Position numbers and translations under genes: made by a program. Below the pieces are notes generated by a model. It was not told the origin of the DNA, did not search any database, and worked only from the letters and a program-made list of their open reading frames with translations. 46,240 bases of DNA, taken from NCBI GenBank assembly GCA_024704765.1, contig JAKMXF010000010.1:60689-106928 (forward strand), read 5' to 3'. Of this stretch, positions 12,676 through 25,248 are shown one piece after another (position 1 is the stretch's first letter; each line of letters begins with the position of its first letter). This DNA comes from Oopsacas minuta (lineage: Eukaryota > Animalia > Porifera).

Positions 12676-14075
12676 ATTTTCATTCCCCCTTTCTTATCGA
12701 ATAAACAATTGTTTATTTGTGTTACTTTCTTGTTTTGTTATTTATTGAGTGTTTTATTTATCTTTTGTTAATTAATATTTACAAATAACATTCTGTCACC
12801 AAGAAAGAATAATTCTAAAAAAATTCAAATTCCATTATTCTAGTCTCCATAGCAACCAAATGAATGCTGATAATATTCATATTTGTTTTGAACAACAGAA
12901 TTCACCTCGAAATCACAACTATGCTTTTATTGTGTGTTTATTGAAAGATTGACCCAATTTGTATACAATGGAGTGTACTTGTAACGGACAAAAACTTAAT
13001 CCCGTTTAGATTATAATAATTAATAAATTGTCTGGAATGTTCGTTATAAGTGTGATAATTATGTTGCTGAAAGAGGTTTTGACTTGTCAGATAAAATACG
13101 GAATTTTAACTCCCACAGATCGAGGGAAAGTATTTTGTTATACTTAGATAACAAGTGATAATCTAATTTTTAAATGTAGTATACTGGATTTCACAGCTGA
13201 TTAATGTATTCATATTTACATACCCTTTTTAGAACTTATGAATTCTTCAATTATTATGTTCCCCTCCCATTTCACCACACTATGTACTTCATGTGACCTT
13301 GACCTAATTATCAGCTAATTTTATTGTCGTCACTACAAACTTTGAATTCATTATTACGATAATGAACGAAGGACGTAAATTCCTGCATTTATTTATGAAA
13401 ATACTACCTCCACATTCATAGATTATACTCTAACAACGAACAATGTCAATTAGAATGCACAACATCCCGTATCACATTCCTCACCCTATCCTCTCTATTC
13501 ATTATTCGTCTTGCTTGGCTGGACAGACGAAGCAAAAATTGTAAGCAAATAAGCCTTTAATTCTCTACAAATCCCCTGTGCCGTATAAATGCGAGTAATA
13601 GGCCTTGCATTGAAAACTATGGTGAGATCCTATTGGTTGAAATTGGCTTAGATAACTATAAATACAGAATCAGTTCTTTTTGTAGAAAACTATTGAATTG
13701 TTTTAAGTTATTTCTCGAAGCGATACATTTTATTTGTGTTTATCATTTGCTTTGTTATTGTTTTTGTTAGTCTTTTGGAGACTAATGATTTTGTGATTTG
13801 TCTTCTTCAAAATGCGCTCAAGTTTTCAAGAATTATTTTCGAGTTATTTTATGAAATTATGTCTTGTTTGATTTGTGCTAATTCTGGTCGAAATTTATCT
13901 GACTTTTTTGTTTATAGCATTTACGAAACGACGTCCTCTTGATTTTCAGTGCGTTCTGAAATATTCAGGTTGAATTTCAGTAATTCGTTGTATGCGAAGT
14001 GTGATATCTCATACTTTTTGTGGTACTAAAGAGTTACAAAGCATTACACAAGGAGGGAAGTCTGTCAAAATATAC

Positions 14076-14450
14076 CTTGTACAACAAAGTTAACAGCTTG
14101 TCTCTCTGCATACATTCTAGTTTGAATGTTACCAGCTGTTACATGAGATAAAAATCTCTTCCTTCACAATAGAGTTGTAACATAACCATACTTATGACAG
14201 ATCTTCTTGACATTATTCATGAATAGTTTGACTTTAGGAAAAGTGTTTGTGAAATTATCTATCCTATCCTGAGCCTCTTGTGGTGTCACCATAAGATACT
14301 CAGATAATTTATCTCGACCTATTCCATATATTACATCATATACCATTCGTTTAGTGGTCTCTCTGTCTGTTATGCTTACCATATCGTATGATACCTATCC
14401 ATCGTGTTGTTAGCTCTGTGAAGACGTCTCTACCATTCTGTATCTCAGGA
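14076..14450 (-). pseudogene. POLN: DNA polymerase nu (family A) fragment
   Basis: DVFTELTTRW...DRETTKRMVYDVIYG...YVTTLL*RKR...AERQAVNFVVQG|gt. Motif B is of the POLN type; it carries a frameshift and a TGA in place of Gly; only one exon-sized piece. Confidence 0.75.
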
Positions 14451-15199
14451 ATCTCTATACACAATTAATTTATATGGAATTGTTACTAACATTATTATTG
14501 AATTATTTATTCAGTGTAACATCCACAAATGGAGTTGTGGTTGTTACACGTTTGCCTTTGGCTATTTTCTCCATTTTTGACTGATTTAATTGTTGAAAGA
14601 TATTTTACATGCCTACATGTGTATGTATTCTTCGATGTATTTATACTTAGAAGAGAGATGTGTTAGGCAAAGGAGCATATGCAATTGTTAGTAACTTTAT
14701 TATTATATTATCTATTCAGTGTAACCTTCACTAACTGGTACTTCTAGAAATAATTAGTGCAAACTTCTAGTACCATACAAATGACTTCCACAAAATGGGA
14801 ATTTGGCACAAACTAGGTAACAATTTTCGGAATCCCAAGAATAATACCAAAACAGTTGAAACCGGTAATAACTTATAAGAACATGCTTGATACATGCACT
14901 CTGGAAAATTGTTTTCCACCAGTTATGCCAATTTAACACAATCTGCCCTTGGACTGTGATACAAATTTGGGATCCTGTGGTATTTCAGAATTCCCTATAA
15001 GTATTTCTAGTGGACTGTACTTGTATACCGTAATTATCAAGGTTGAAACCGACCGAACCCAATATCAGTATTCATGAATAGCTGTCTTACAGAATACCAA
15101 ATATGGAACTATTCAGTTGCAACCTTTGTAATTATAAATATATTAATAGTGACATATGATAATTTAATTACAAACAAAAATGTAAACACAACAATATAA

Positions 15200-16372
15200 T
15201 TAATATATATTTATTACATTATCATCATAACAACCACAAATAATATCAAAGTTATTATTAACAACTATTCCTGTAGGATTATTACATATAATTTTGTGTA
15301 TCAGCTGTCCATCTTTAGTAAATATATTAATTGAATTTCCCCAATTATCACTAATAATAATATTATTATACAAATCAAAACACAGAAAAATATATCCTTC
15401 TCCATTTTCTAATTTTATGAAACTTTTCAACAAATCACCTGATTTAGAGAATATGTAAATATTAGTAATCTTATTATTGTCTTCTACAAATATCTTATTA
15501 TTATTTATTTTGACGTCACGCGGGGATCTGAGTTTGTCTTTTCCTATTTCTCGAATAAATTCTAAATCAGAGCTGAATACTACAATTGCATTATTAATAG
15601 AATCTGCAACTAACACTTCTCCATTTGTGTCAGTTGTTAAACTCAGAGGATTACCAACACATCCATTAACACTGAATTAATTTGTAATTTGTTTTAGAGA
15701 ATTTTATTACAACTTTAAATCCCCAATCACTTATAAACACCCATTCATTATGTAATGCTATACCGTGTGGATAATATAGCCGCCCCTTACCAAATTCATG
15801 AATGAACTTACCCTCTGTAGAGAAGATCTGTAATTCTGTTATTGTCTGTGTCTGCTATATAGATCTTATCTTCATCTAGAGTTAGTCCACTAGGGAAATC
15901 CAGCATTCTATTCTTACTGCCCTTACCACCAATCCTTCTGATGGGCTCGGTCTTGTTTCTGTATTGTACAGCTATGTCATGAATAGACCCCAACTTCTCC
16001 AGCTGTTCTATGAGAGAGTCTAGACTCTAGACCCTCAGTATTGAGGGAAGGGATTGAAATAGGTGTTGCATTTTCGTATTTGTGTATTTCAGCTCTTGTT
16101 TGCCTCATCTGTTCTTCTTGAAACTGTACTACTTCGTTCTGGTGAATGCTAGTTTCCATTAATTGTTGGATTAGCTTCTCCAGGTCTGTTACTTGTTTCT
16201 TTCTTGTGTTCTCCATTCTTAGATAGTCCTGCTTGATATCGAACAGATGCACAAGCAGCTGATCTCTCCTCTCTGTCGCAATCTTGATTATCTTATCGAA
16301 CGTGGAATAGTTCAGTTGTTCCGCTAGTTCAAAATGGTTGGTAGGAATTTCATCTGGGTATTTGGTGGTCAT
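15200..16372 (-). pseudogene. Coiled-coil + NHL-repeat protein, paralog B (frameshifted)
   Basis: MTTKYPDEIPTNHF start; 7-nt tandem duplication (GTCTAGA) near 16020, +1 insertion near 15832, 2-nt deletion near 15673. Confidence 0.88.
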
Positions 16373-16627
16373 TTGTTTGTTGTTCTGTTTATGATTAGTC
16401 TCATTTAAAGACTATTTATACAAGTTTGTAGGTTAATTATTCAGGTGTCAAGTGGCGAAATATAAAGTTACAACTAATCCATTTTCCTTGAATTCTACCA
16501 CGAGACTATTGTCTCATAGATTTACGGATGTGTTAGGTCAGATAGCTTTCAACATGTAAATTAGTTCCAGTTATAACTACCCACATTCCTTGTATAGTAT
16601 TAGTTGCTATGCTGTATTAGCTATCAG
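16373..16627 (-). promoter_or_regulatory. Conserved 5' flank of NHL paralog B
   Basis: Same non-coding block as 6450-6705. Confidence 0.5.
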
Positions 16628-16633
16628 TCTCAC

Positions 16634-16877
16634 TTATAATATACCCATAATATTATACTCAAAATCAGATATAAGTAGTAGATTAGTTATTTAGTATTTG
16701 CTTTACAAACTTTTACTACAAATCTTCATAAAAAACTTACAGGTAAGTTGGCTTCTATGCCTTGGTGTCTATCCAGCACCTTATTATACAGAAATGAGAT
16801 TAATTATTGTTTGTTTTCTTTATTAAACAATACAATTCCTACACCAGTGTGTTTGGATTTTAATACCATCCTATTTT
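16634..16877 (+). repeat. Dispersed duplicate, inverted copy at 31333-31577
   Basis: About 245 bp with high similarity, including ACTTACAG|GTAAGTTGGCTTCTATG. Confidence 0.8.
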
Positions 16878-16989
16878 CATTGCTCTCTAACATGTCTTTT
16901 TAATGGTTATCACTCTCAATTAGTATCGTAATGATCACATTTCAACGGGGTTTCCTCACTTGAGCGAAACCATATCACAATGTGTAAAG

Positions 16990-17110
16990 CAGCGGTCCCC
17001 AACCTTTTAGAACCAAGTGCCAGTTCCTAGTAATATGTGAGTCAGGCGGGCCAAACTTCTCTTTTATACCCTATGTTTTGGGAACGCGGGCCGTAGGTTG
17101 GGGACCTCCG
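16990..17110. mobile_element. hAT-type MITE
   Basis: TIR CAGCGGTCCCCAACCT (2 mismatches); perfect 8-bp TSD GTGTAAAG. Confidence 0.85.
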
Positions 17111-18409
17111 GTGTAAAGTTATCAAAATGAGACTCGAATAAAAGGGTTCTTTTTGGTGTTAAAATAATGCACATTTTGGTATCATAGATCAATTTCGTAT
17201 AAATGGGAACCTTGTCCATGTCAAAGAACAAAATAGTGTCCTGCGTTAAGTTTTGAAGGTCATTCTTATAGATTTGACAAATTAGTGTCGGCCAATACTA
17301 AGAAACGATGGGGTTATCGAACTCTAGATTGAAATGGCTGCATCTAAGTATAAATGATCAGCAGGGGAACAGTGATAATCAAACTAGAACTCCTCACCTT
17401 GAACGTTATATCCCAAATTAATATGCTAGGGCCATTGAATTAGTAGTTTCTGATCTGAAAATTTATAAAACACGAGAATAATTGGCTAATTGGCTTAATG
17501 GATTTCTCTAAAGTGGGTTTGGCTCAACTGAGGACAAATTACAGGGACATCGCCACGGGGGGGCATAGAGGGCAAAAGGGCTGAAACTTGCAAATATTTT
17601 AATAGAATCTCAAATACAACCCTGGGTTTCTTGTAAATATCTGTGAGGAATTATTGATTCCTAAAAGAATTATCAGTCTCATATTCTACACACATGCCAA
17701 ATTTTAAGTTGGTGTCCTTTCTAAAAATAGAATTATAACAACTTTGAATAGTGGAGCTTGAACTTAAATTTTAAGGAAGACAGATCAGCTGTTTAGTCAA
17801 GAAATTAAGCCACTTTGTGTCGAGATAAACCCTCTAGGTCGACACATTGTGGCTCATAATCTAACAAATTACAGTCACGCTCAGCAGTTGATACTTAAGG
17901 CGGAAAAGGCTACTCCAAACGGGGGTTAATTCGTTTTAGGAGGTCTGTAACCGAAAATCACTGCTATATGTTATGTTATCCATAGGGGACAAGTTTGGGT
18001 ACCAGGAGGGGTCTGAACTGAACCCTCCGCATTGTGGACCCACCAAGTTTGATTTCTATCGAGGTGACAATAGTTAACTCACCAGTTTCATTATTCCTAG
18101 CTGCTTCATGCAATTGAGGAATAATTCTATCATAAATATAGCTAGTTTTAGAACAAAGAAAGAGATTTGAATGGATAAATTGTTAAGTAACGAAATAAGG
18201 AAAATTCTCAAACAATAAATAAATAAAATATCAAATCACAGTCTGTACAGAATTAAACTTTACTTATTATTCTATTAAATATCCATTTTAGCAAAGAAAG
18301 ATAGAATTGAATTTACTAATCTTGTTAGACATGTTAAAATGTTAAAATGTTAAAATGTTAAAAGCGAATGAAATATATCAAATCATCAGAAATAATTCTA
18401 TGCATTTAT

Positions 18410-19735
18410 GCATAATTGTAAAACCGTATAATCTGATTGGATTAAAATACAGAGGTGTCAAAAGGTGTTAAAATATACACATATGAAGTTTCCAAATATC
18501 AGGTGCACAACTAGATGTTACTACTAGCATACATACCAAATTTGGTGACTTAATCCTTAAGGTGTGAACAGCAGAGCGAAATTAGAGGAAGTAAGGTATC
18601 CAATTGATTGATCCCATGGTATCAAATAGTACCCTGAATAACTCAGTAAATGTATAAAACACACTAATCACTATAATTGGGAAATAAACAACAAATAATG
18701 ATAATAAATATAAGCAATGGGACAGGAGATTAGAGCCTCTGCAGACAGTTGTCCTCCTTCATGTCACCAACTGTAACATAGCCAGAGTATTCTATAAATA
18801 TACAAGAGGGACGCAATATTTGACACAGTCCGGGAAAAGGAAAATTCAATTTCTTCAGACAGTGCATCGGCCATATATTCAAAGTGTGATTAACCATATC
18901 CGAAAAAGAAGGGAGTGCACTGATTTAGTCTCTTCTATGTCCGTTTTGGACCCTCTAAACCGAATATCAACTATCACCTAACTAATGATTACAATTTGTT
19001 TTCCACCAAGCTGAGTATCATCTGTAAAAACTAAAGAATGATTCTTGAACCAGGTGGTGCTGTTTACTATTTCTTTAATCTCTGTTAGTCTTTCAGTGGT
19101 ACTATTGACCATTAATTGCACACTTCCAAGGTCAATCGCTTTCCCCTGTAAAATCCTTGTAACTTGGCAACTGTATCGAGTACATCTGATAGCATCTAGA
19201 TACAAGCTACAGTTTTGTATTTTGACAAGAGAGCCGCAATTCATTTGCTTGCATCACAGGTTTCATCATAAATCTCTTCAAATGTGCGTACCAAGCTGGG
19301 ATACTCCGTCGCACAGCACACACGGCTCTTTCACGTACAAGCCATCGAGTATTGATAGGTTTTACCATTTTAATCTCAGGAGACTGGAGTTCTGCTTGGA
19401 TCAGTGAAAGTTCTTCAGCTTTCTTGAAAGAATATGGAAAGATTTCCAGATTGTTAACATTGTTCCTAATTCTCATTATTTTACATTTTTGTGCAGCATT
19501 GACAGCAGCAAGTTGAAGTTTATGGGACCTGTAGTGGATATAAATTGCACTTCTTGCAAGTAATCTCAGACGCCCTTGAACGCGACTGTTCACACCTTTC
19601 GAGATTAAGGCGCCAAATTTGGCATGTATACTCGTAGTGACATCTAGTTATGAAAAATTTCTAATGTGCGTATTTTCACACCTTTTGACCTGTCTTTTAA
19701 CCCAATCAGATTGTGGGGTTATACAATTGTACAGA
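18410..19735. repeat. Diverged inverted repeat pair (about 18410-18575 / 19590-19735)
   Basis: Shared core AATCTGATTGG...GTCAAAAGGTGT...ACTAGATGT...CCAAATTTGG...AAGGTGTGAACAG in opposite orientations. Confidence 0.7.
18978..19593 (-). mobile_element. hAT transposase fragment (frameshifted)
   Basis: IYIHYRSHKLQLA (CxxH-equivalent), KMVKPINTRWL, VLDTVAKLQ..LQGKAIDL are typical of the hAT core. Confidence 0.75.
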
Positions 19736-19780
19736 AGTTGTTTTCAGTTAGTTCTGGTGAGTTTATAACAGTAGTACTGA

Positions 19781-21354
19781 TGCGTAGTATTTTGAGATTC
19801 TAGTAACACCATGGACACTCATATCATAGTATTTTGAGGAAAGTATAGAATTCTGAGATTTAAGTATGTAACACGAATTGTACATGTGGTTCATTGTAAT
19901 TTGGTGGTAAATGTTTGTTGAGATTCTGTGTTACTTACAAAAGTATATAACTCCTACATTATCGAAAGTCGCAGTTTTTTGATAAAGCCATGTGAAGTAA
20001 TATACTTGTTTCTCATCCCCGCCCGCCCCAAATTTTATCTCCGTCCGGAAAGATTTTATTTATATTTTTCCAAATTATGGATAATTCTTTGGCCACAGAG
20101 TGTGCAATCCATATTTACTAGTTATATAGTTGAAAAATTCAATATTTTTAGTGCCCAGAGAGAAGGTGGCGAGATAATCGAAGGGTCAAAATATTTTATG
20201 TATTAACTGACCTATAAAATCAAATACCCCCCACCGTGGCAGTTTCTGAAGAAATTCCGAATGAGAAACAAGTAATTAATTTTTCGTTATATTATGTGTA
20301 TATTGTAAACTTATATGTTTTTGAATATTTCATTTTTACTTACCTTATTTATTTAATTCATTAAACTCTGGGGCCTTATTAACTAAAATTCTAAGAATTA
20401 TTCTTAACTTAATTCTAAGTGTATTTCTAAGAATAATTCCAAGAATTCATGAAATATTCTTAGTTTTCGTTAAGAATTCTTAACTTCGCTATACTTAACG
20501 GATTCTAAGAATAATTCTTAGAATAATTCTTAGAATTGTGTAATTCTACTTGATTGATTCTTGCTATTGATTAATAAAATTTATGCCAATTCATTCGACT
20601 TCAATCGCTTTTTGAGAAGATATGCGCATAGTAGAAAATAATATCCTTCTACTTGTATACTTCATTTATCATTAATGAGATAAATTACCCCACCCAATAG
20701 CGGATATTACAACATGTAGATATGATAATCAAACATATTGTCTTAAGCGATAAACAATCTTCTTTATTATTAAATGCGTATTGATTATCATTTCATAGAA
20801 AAGTAAAATAAATTATAAGTTAAGTGTCCTCTTTACCTCACTAAATATTTTTCTTAGAATTGTTCGAATTCTTAGAATTATTCTAAGAATTTGACTTAAA
20901 GTTAAGCAAAATTCTAAGAATTTGACTTAAGAATTTTAGTTAATAAGGCCCCTGATTTGTTGTTCCGAAATTTTCTTTAATTAAGACACAATTAGTTTAG
21001 AGAGAAAGAGATGTTTTATGTTTACAACGTTGGATCGTTTAATATAGTAACGTTTCATGTTTACTTGCACACTTCCTGAAACTCTTATTATCTTTATCAA
21101 AATCAATAAAATGTTATTCAGTCATTTTGCGAACCAAAATAAGTGAATAATTATCACTTTGTTACTGTATTTAATATAGGTGAAATACTGTAATTTGTAA
21201 GGCACATTACATCTCTAGTGTATAGATAGTTGAGTATTACAATGAACCACATGTACAATTCGTGTTACATACTTAAATCTCAGAATTCTATACTTTCCTC
21301 AAAATACTATGACATGAGTGTCCATGGTGTACTAGAATCTCAAAATACTACGCA
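19781..21354. repeat. Near-identical 120-bp inverted repeat pair (19781-19900 / 21236-21354)
   Basis: Direct reverse-complement match with only a few mismatches. Confidence 0.9.
20371..20951. mobile_element. PIF/Harbinger-type non-autonomous element
   Basis: TIR GGGCCTTATTAACTAAAATTCT; 3-bp TSD CTG; subterminal TTCTAAGAA repeats. Confidence 0.8.
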
Positions 21355-21428
21355 ACAATAATTGGAGACTGTAATCTGATTGGTCGAGAGATGTATTTGT
21401 ATACATTATAAGTAAATTAGTAGAAAAT

Positions 21429-21517
21429 ACTATTATCACTAGTTTAATCATATTTACTATTATCACACCTAGTTTAATCATATTTACTATTATCACTAGT
21501 TTAATCATATTTACTAT
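21429..21517. repeat. 27-bp minisatellite x3 (middle unit 30 bp); inverted copy at 23846-23925
   Basis: Unit ACTATTATCACTAGTTTAATCATATTT; about 80 bp identical in reverse complement, including the variant middle unit. Confidence 0.92.
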
Positions 21518-21722
21518 GATTAAATATTTGGTAAAGTAAAGATATTCAATAAAGAAGGAACTCTCATTCACACTATAGAAATAGGAAGACAAGAAATAGG
21601 GTTACTCTACCCGCTTGGATTAGTTTTAACGAAAGATATAAATTTAGTAGTTGTGTGTTTAAGTGAATATTGCTTACGAATATTTTCATGTTTATAATAA
21701 TATATCTTTATGATATTGAAAC

Positions 21723-21980
21723 TGATAGCTAACACAGCATAGCAACTAATTCTATAAAAAAGGAATGTGGGTAGTTATAACAGGAACTAATTTACATATT
21801 GAAAGCTATCTGACCTAACACATCCGCAATTCTGTGAGATAATAGTCTCGTGGTAGAGTTCAAGGAAATGTGATTAGTTGTAACTTTCTATTTCACCACT
21901 TGACACCTGAATAATAAATCTACAAACTTGTATAAATACAGTCTGCAAATGAGAATAATCATAAACAGAATAACAAACAA
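21723..21980 (+). promoter_or_regulatory. Conserved 5' flank of NHL paralog C
   Basis: Reverse-orientation homolog of 6450-6705. Confidence 0.5.
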
Positions 21981-23147
21981 ATGGCAACCCAATACCCAGA
22001 TGAAATTCCTACCAACCATTTCGAACTAGCGGAACAGATGATCTATTCCACGTTCGATAAGATAATCAAGATTGCGACAGAGAGGAGAGATCAGCTGCTT
22101 GTGCATCTGTTCGATATCAAGCAGGACTATCTAAGAAAGGAGAATACAAGAAAGGAAAAAGTAGCAGAGCTGGAGAAGCTAATCCAACAATTAATGGAAA
22201 CTAACATTCAGCAGAACGAAGTAGTAAAGTTTCAAGAAGAACAGATGAGGCAAACAAGAGCTGAAATACAGAAACACGAAAAAGAAACGCCTGTCCCATT
22301 TTATTCCTTCAATACTGAGGGTCTAGACTCTCTCATAGAACACCTGGAGAAGTTGGGATCTATTCAGGAAATAGCTGTACCATATAGAAACAAGACCGAG
22401 CCCATCAGAAAGATTGGGGGTAAGGGCAGTAATCACGGAGAGCTCAATTTCCCTCATGAAGTAGCTCTAGATGGAGATAAGATCTATATAGCAGATGCAA
22501 AGAATACTAGAATACAGATCTTCTCTACAGAGGGTAAGTTCATTTATGAATTTGGTAAGAAGCAGCTAATTTTTCCATACGGTATAGCACTACATAACGA
22601 ATGGGTGTTTATAAGTAATTGGATGTCTAGTACTATATTTAAATTCTCTAAAACAAATTACAAATTAATTAAGAGTGTTAAGGAAGGTGTTAGTCTCCCT
22701 GTTGGTCTAACAACTGATACAAATGGAGAAGTGTTAGTTGCAGATTCTGATTATAATATAATTGCAGTATTCAGCTCTGATTTAAAATATATTAGAGAAA
22801 TAGGAAAAGACAAACTCAAAGACCCGAGTGACGTCAAAATAAATAATAATAAGATATTTGTAGCAGACAATAATGAGATAAATAATATACACATATTCTC
22901 TAAATCAGGTGATTTATTGAAAAGTTTCATAAAATTAGAAAATAGAGGAGAATATATTTTTCTGTGTTTTGATTTGTATAATAATATTATAATTAGTGAT
23001 AATTATGGAAATTCAATTAATATATTTACTAAAGATGGACAGCTGCTACACAAAATTATATGTAGGGATCCTACAGGAATAGTTGTTAATAATTACTTTG
23101 ATATTATTTGTGCTAGTAGTTATGATGATGTAATAAATATATATTAA
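21981..23147 (+). CDS. Coiled-coil + NHL-repeat protein, paralog C, 388 aa, intact and intronless
   Basis: Uninterrupted ORF; N-terminal coiled coil followed by about six NHL-like blades. Confidence 0.92.
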   Translation: MATQYPDEIPTNHFELAEQMIYSTFDKIIKIATERRDQLLVHLFDIKQDYLRKENTRKEKVAELEKLIQQLMETNIQQNEVVKFQEEQMRQTRAEIQKHEKETPVPFYSFNTEGLDSLIEHLEKLGSIQEIAVPYRNKTEPIRKIGGKGSNHGELNFPHEVALDGDKIYIADAKNTRIQIFSTEGKFIYEFGKKQLIFPYGIALHNEWVFISNWMSSTIFKFSKTNYKLIKSVKEGVSLPVGLTTDTNGEVLVADSDYNIIAVFSSDLKYIREIGKDKLKDPSDVKINNNKIFVADNNEINNIHIFSKSGDLLKSFIKLENRGEYIFLCFDLYNNIIISDNYGNSINIFTKDGQLLHKIICRDPTGIVVNNYFDIICASSYDDVINIY

Positions 23148-23845
23148 TTATATTGTTGTTATTTACATATTTGTTTTTAATTAAATTATCATATTTCACT
23201 CTTATAATATTAATAATTACTGTACTACAAATCAGGCCTAAATAATAATTCACTAAAATACAAATTGACTGACAGGTGTTCTTATAAGTGATAACCTCTA
23301 TAACTCAATATTAATCAGGTCTACTTCTCATAAGAAGAAATTAACTAATTTTCTATGGAATATGAATTATGAGATCCTGTGTTTCTCAGGTTTATTACCG
23401 CTGTGGATTATCATATACAAATACAGTTAACTCCTGCCGGGTTTATAGAAATAAATATACTGAATTATGGAATACCATCAATATGGTCCCAAACCCTCTA
23501 AGATAATTCAATCGGTTACTCCGTACTCAGCTTTTATCGAAGTGATTATAGCAGTCCTTTGAGCTTCGTTATAACGGAAGTTGACTGTAGTCCAAACTTA
23601 AAGATTCAATAGTTTCAAGTTTGAGATAAAATCTCAAATAATTTGTTAAGTTACTTTTAGTTGATTATTGAAATTATATTATTCTACTAAATATTCATTT
23701 TACTAAAGAAAGATAAAATAGAATTTACAAATCTTAATAGACATTACAAATATTAAATTCGAATTCTCTGCTCCTGTTTACCACTATTTAACTATTGGAA
23801 GCTAATCTCTAGGGAAATTATGAAATGTTCACCATAAGTTGTGAT

Positions 23846-23925
23846 AATATGATTAAACTAGTGATAATAGTAAATATGATTAAACTAGGTGTGATAATAG
23901 TAAATATGATTAAACTAGTGATAAT
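23846..23925. repeat. Inverted copy of the 27-bp minisatellite
   Basis: Reverse complement of 21432-21511. Confidence 0.92.
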
Positions 23926-24142
23926 GAGTCTATACAGAAGAAATGGGAATCACAAACATCTCCACTTGCGTTACTAGTACGTAGTACTTTGGCCGCATAT
24001 GCTGTACCCTGCTATGCCCCTGGCTATGGGCTATGGCTCTGAACATTTTTCCAGTAGTTTTGTATTAGTCAACTTCCTATTCACTAATTTTAGTTCATTG
24101 CTTACTTCTAGGTAATTTTAGATAACATAGAGGCTACATGAA

Positions 24143-25009
24143 ATAGCACTTGATGGGGGGCATATCAAATATTGTAGATAGCTTGTCAAAATTACGCTAC
24201 AACATACCAATAAAGTGTACAGCCATAACTGACCTCATCGTAACCTCATTCATATCACTGGTATAAATGGCACATTGATACATGTATGATGGCTAGGAAT
24301 ATCGAGAGAGCGTGAAGAAGGAAAGATAGCATATTCTTTGTGACATCTATCCCATTTGACTTTTGTAAAAGGTCTGCTAACCATTTTCTTCATAAAGAGA
24401 AAGACTCCCAACACTTTCGATGCAATTAAAGGTAGAGAATACCTCTGCTAGGATGCCAACATCAAGAATTCTCATACCAGTTGGTCTGTGTGCATTTCTC
24501 ACATTTCTCCTGAACCGGAATGCAGTAATACAGGTTTAGATCGCGTCGTTGGCGGAATGCGAAATTTTGAAATGTAGCCTTTGCGTTGGAGTACCTTTAC
24601 GTATTTCTGGTTCTTGGTTTAGGTGGTTTGGGGCAAAAGTGTACTGACTGATCTTCCAAATCTGTAAGAGATGATGTACAGGTTTTATATCTATTTCCAA
24701 AGAACCGACGCTTTCGAGGGCGTTCCATGTGTTTACCAATTTGGAAGTGGTCTTGAGAAGTGGTAGGAGACAATCCAAGAGAGGTGAGTGATTGTGAATC
24801 CATGGTGATGTTGGACTGATTACTGTCTCAGAGGTAGATTCATTTTGAGATGGATATAGAGGTAAGGTAGTATCCAGAGGAGGTACAGGAGGCGATGAAA
24901 TATAGGAGATATCATCTGAATCTGAAAATGAGTCTGAGAAATCTCGCTGCTCATTGAGGGCATGTTCTTCATAACTTGAACTTGATTCATTTGACGTCAT
25001 CTGAGACAA
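24143..25009 (-). mobile_element. N-terminal half of a Mutator-like transposase (inverted, degenerate)
   Basis: Minus-strand RPRKRRFFGNRY, GMRILDVGILAEVFSTFNC and NEVTMRSVMAVHFIG...IFDMPP are motifs that normally precede the catalytic core of this family. Confidence 0.65.
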
Positions 25010-25248
25010 TGAAAATTATCTAATTGAACTGAAAGAAAATAAGATTATAATTATCACTTACACAAATTTGAGATAGTATCTTGCCAAAAATTTAATATTA
25101 GCAACTTCGAGAAATTGCTAAAATATTCACAATTTCCTTATGTCCTCCGAGGTCTAATAGGATAGTGTTGTTTCATATTTTTACTGTAATTAGGGTATAG
25201 CTTATCAATTGCCCTAAGATGTAGTCTCAGACAATTTATGAAAGCTAT

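Noticed and set aside
17230-17400. FLYWCH-like remnant (LSFEGHSYRF...KRW)
   Set aside because: Too degenerate; the Cys/His ligands are not recoverable.
21332-21592. ORF with IIVNMIKL repeats; array considered as CRISPR-like
   Set aside because: A head-to-tail minisatellite without spacers, in eukaryotic DNA.
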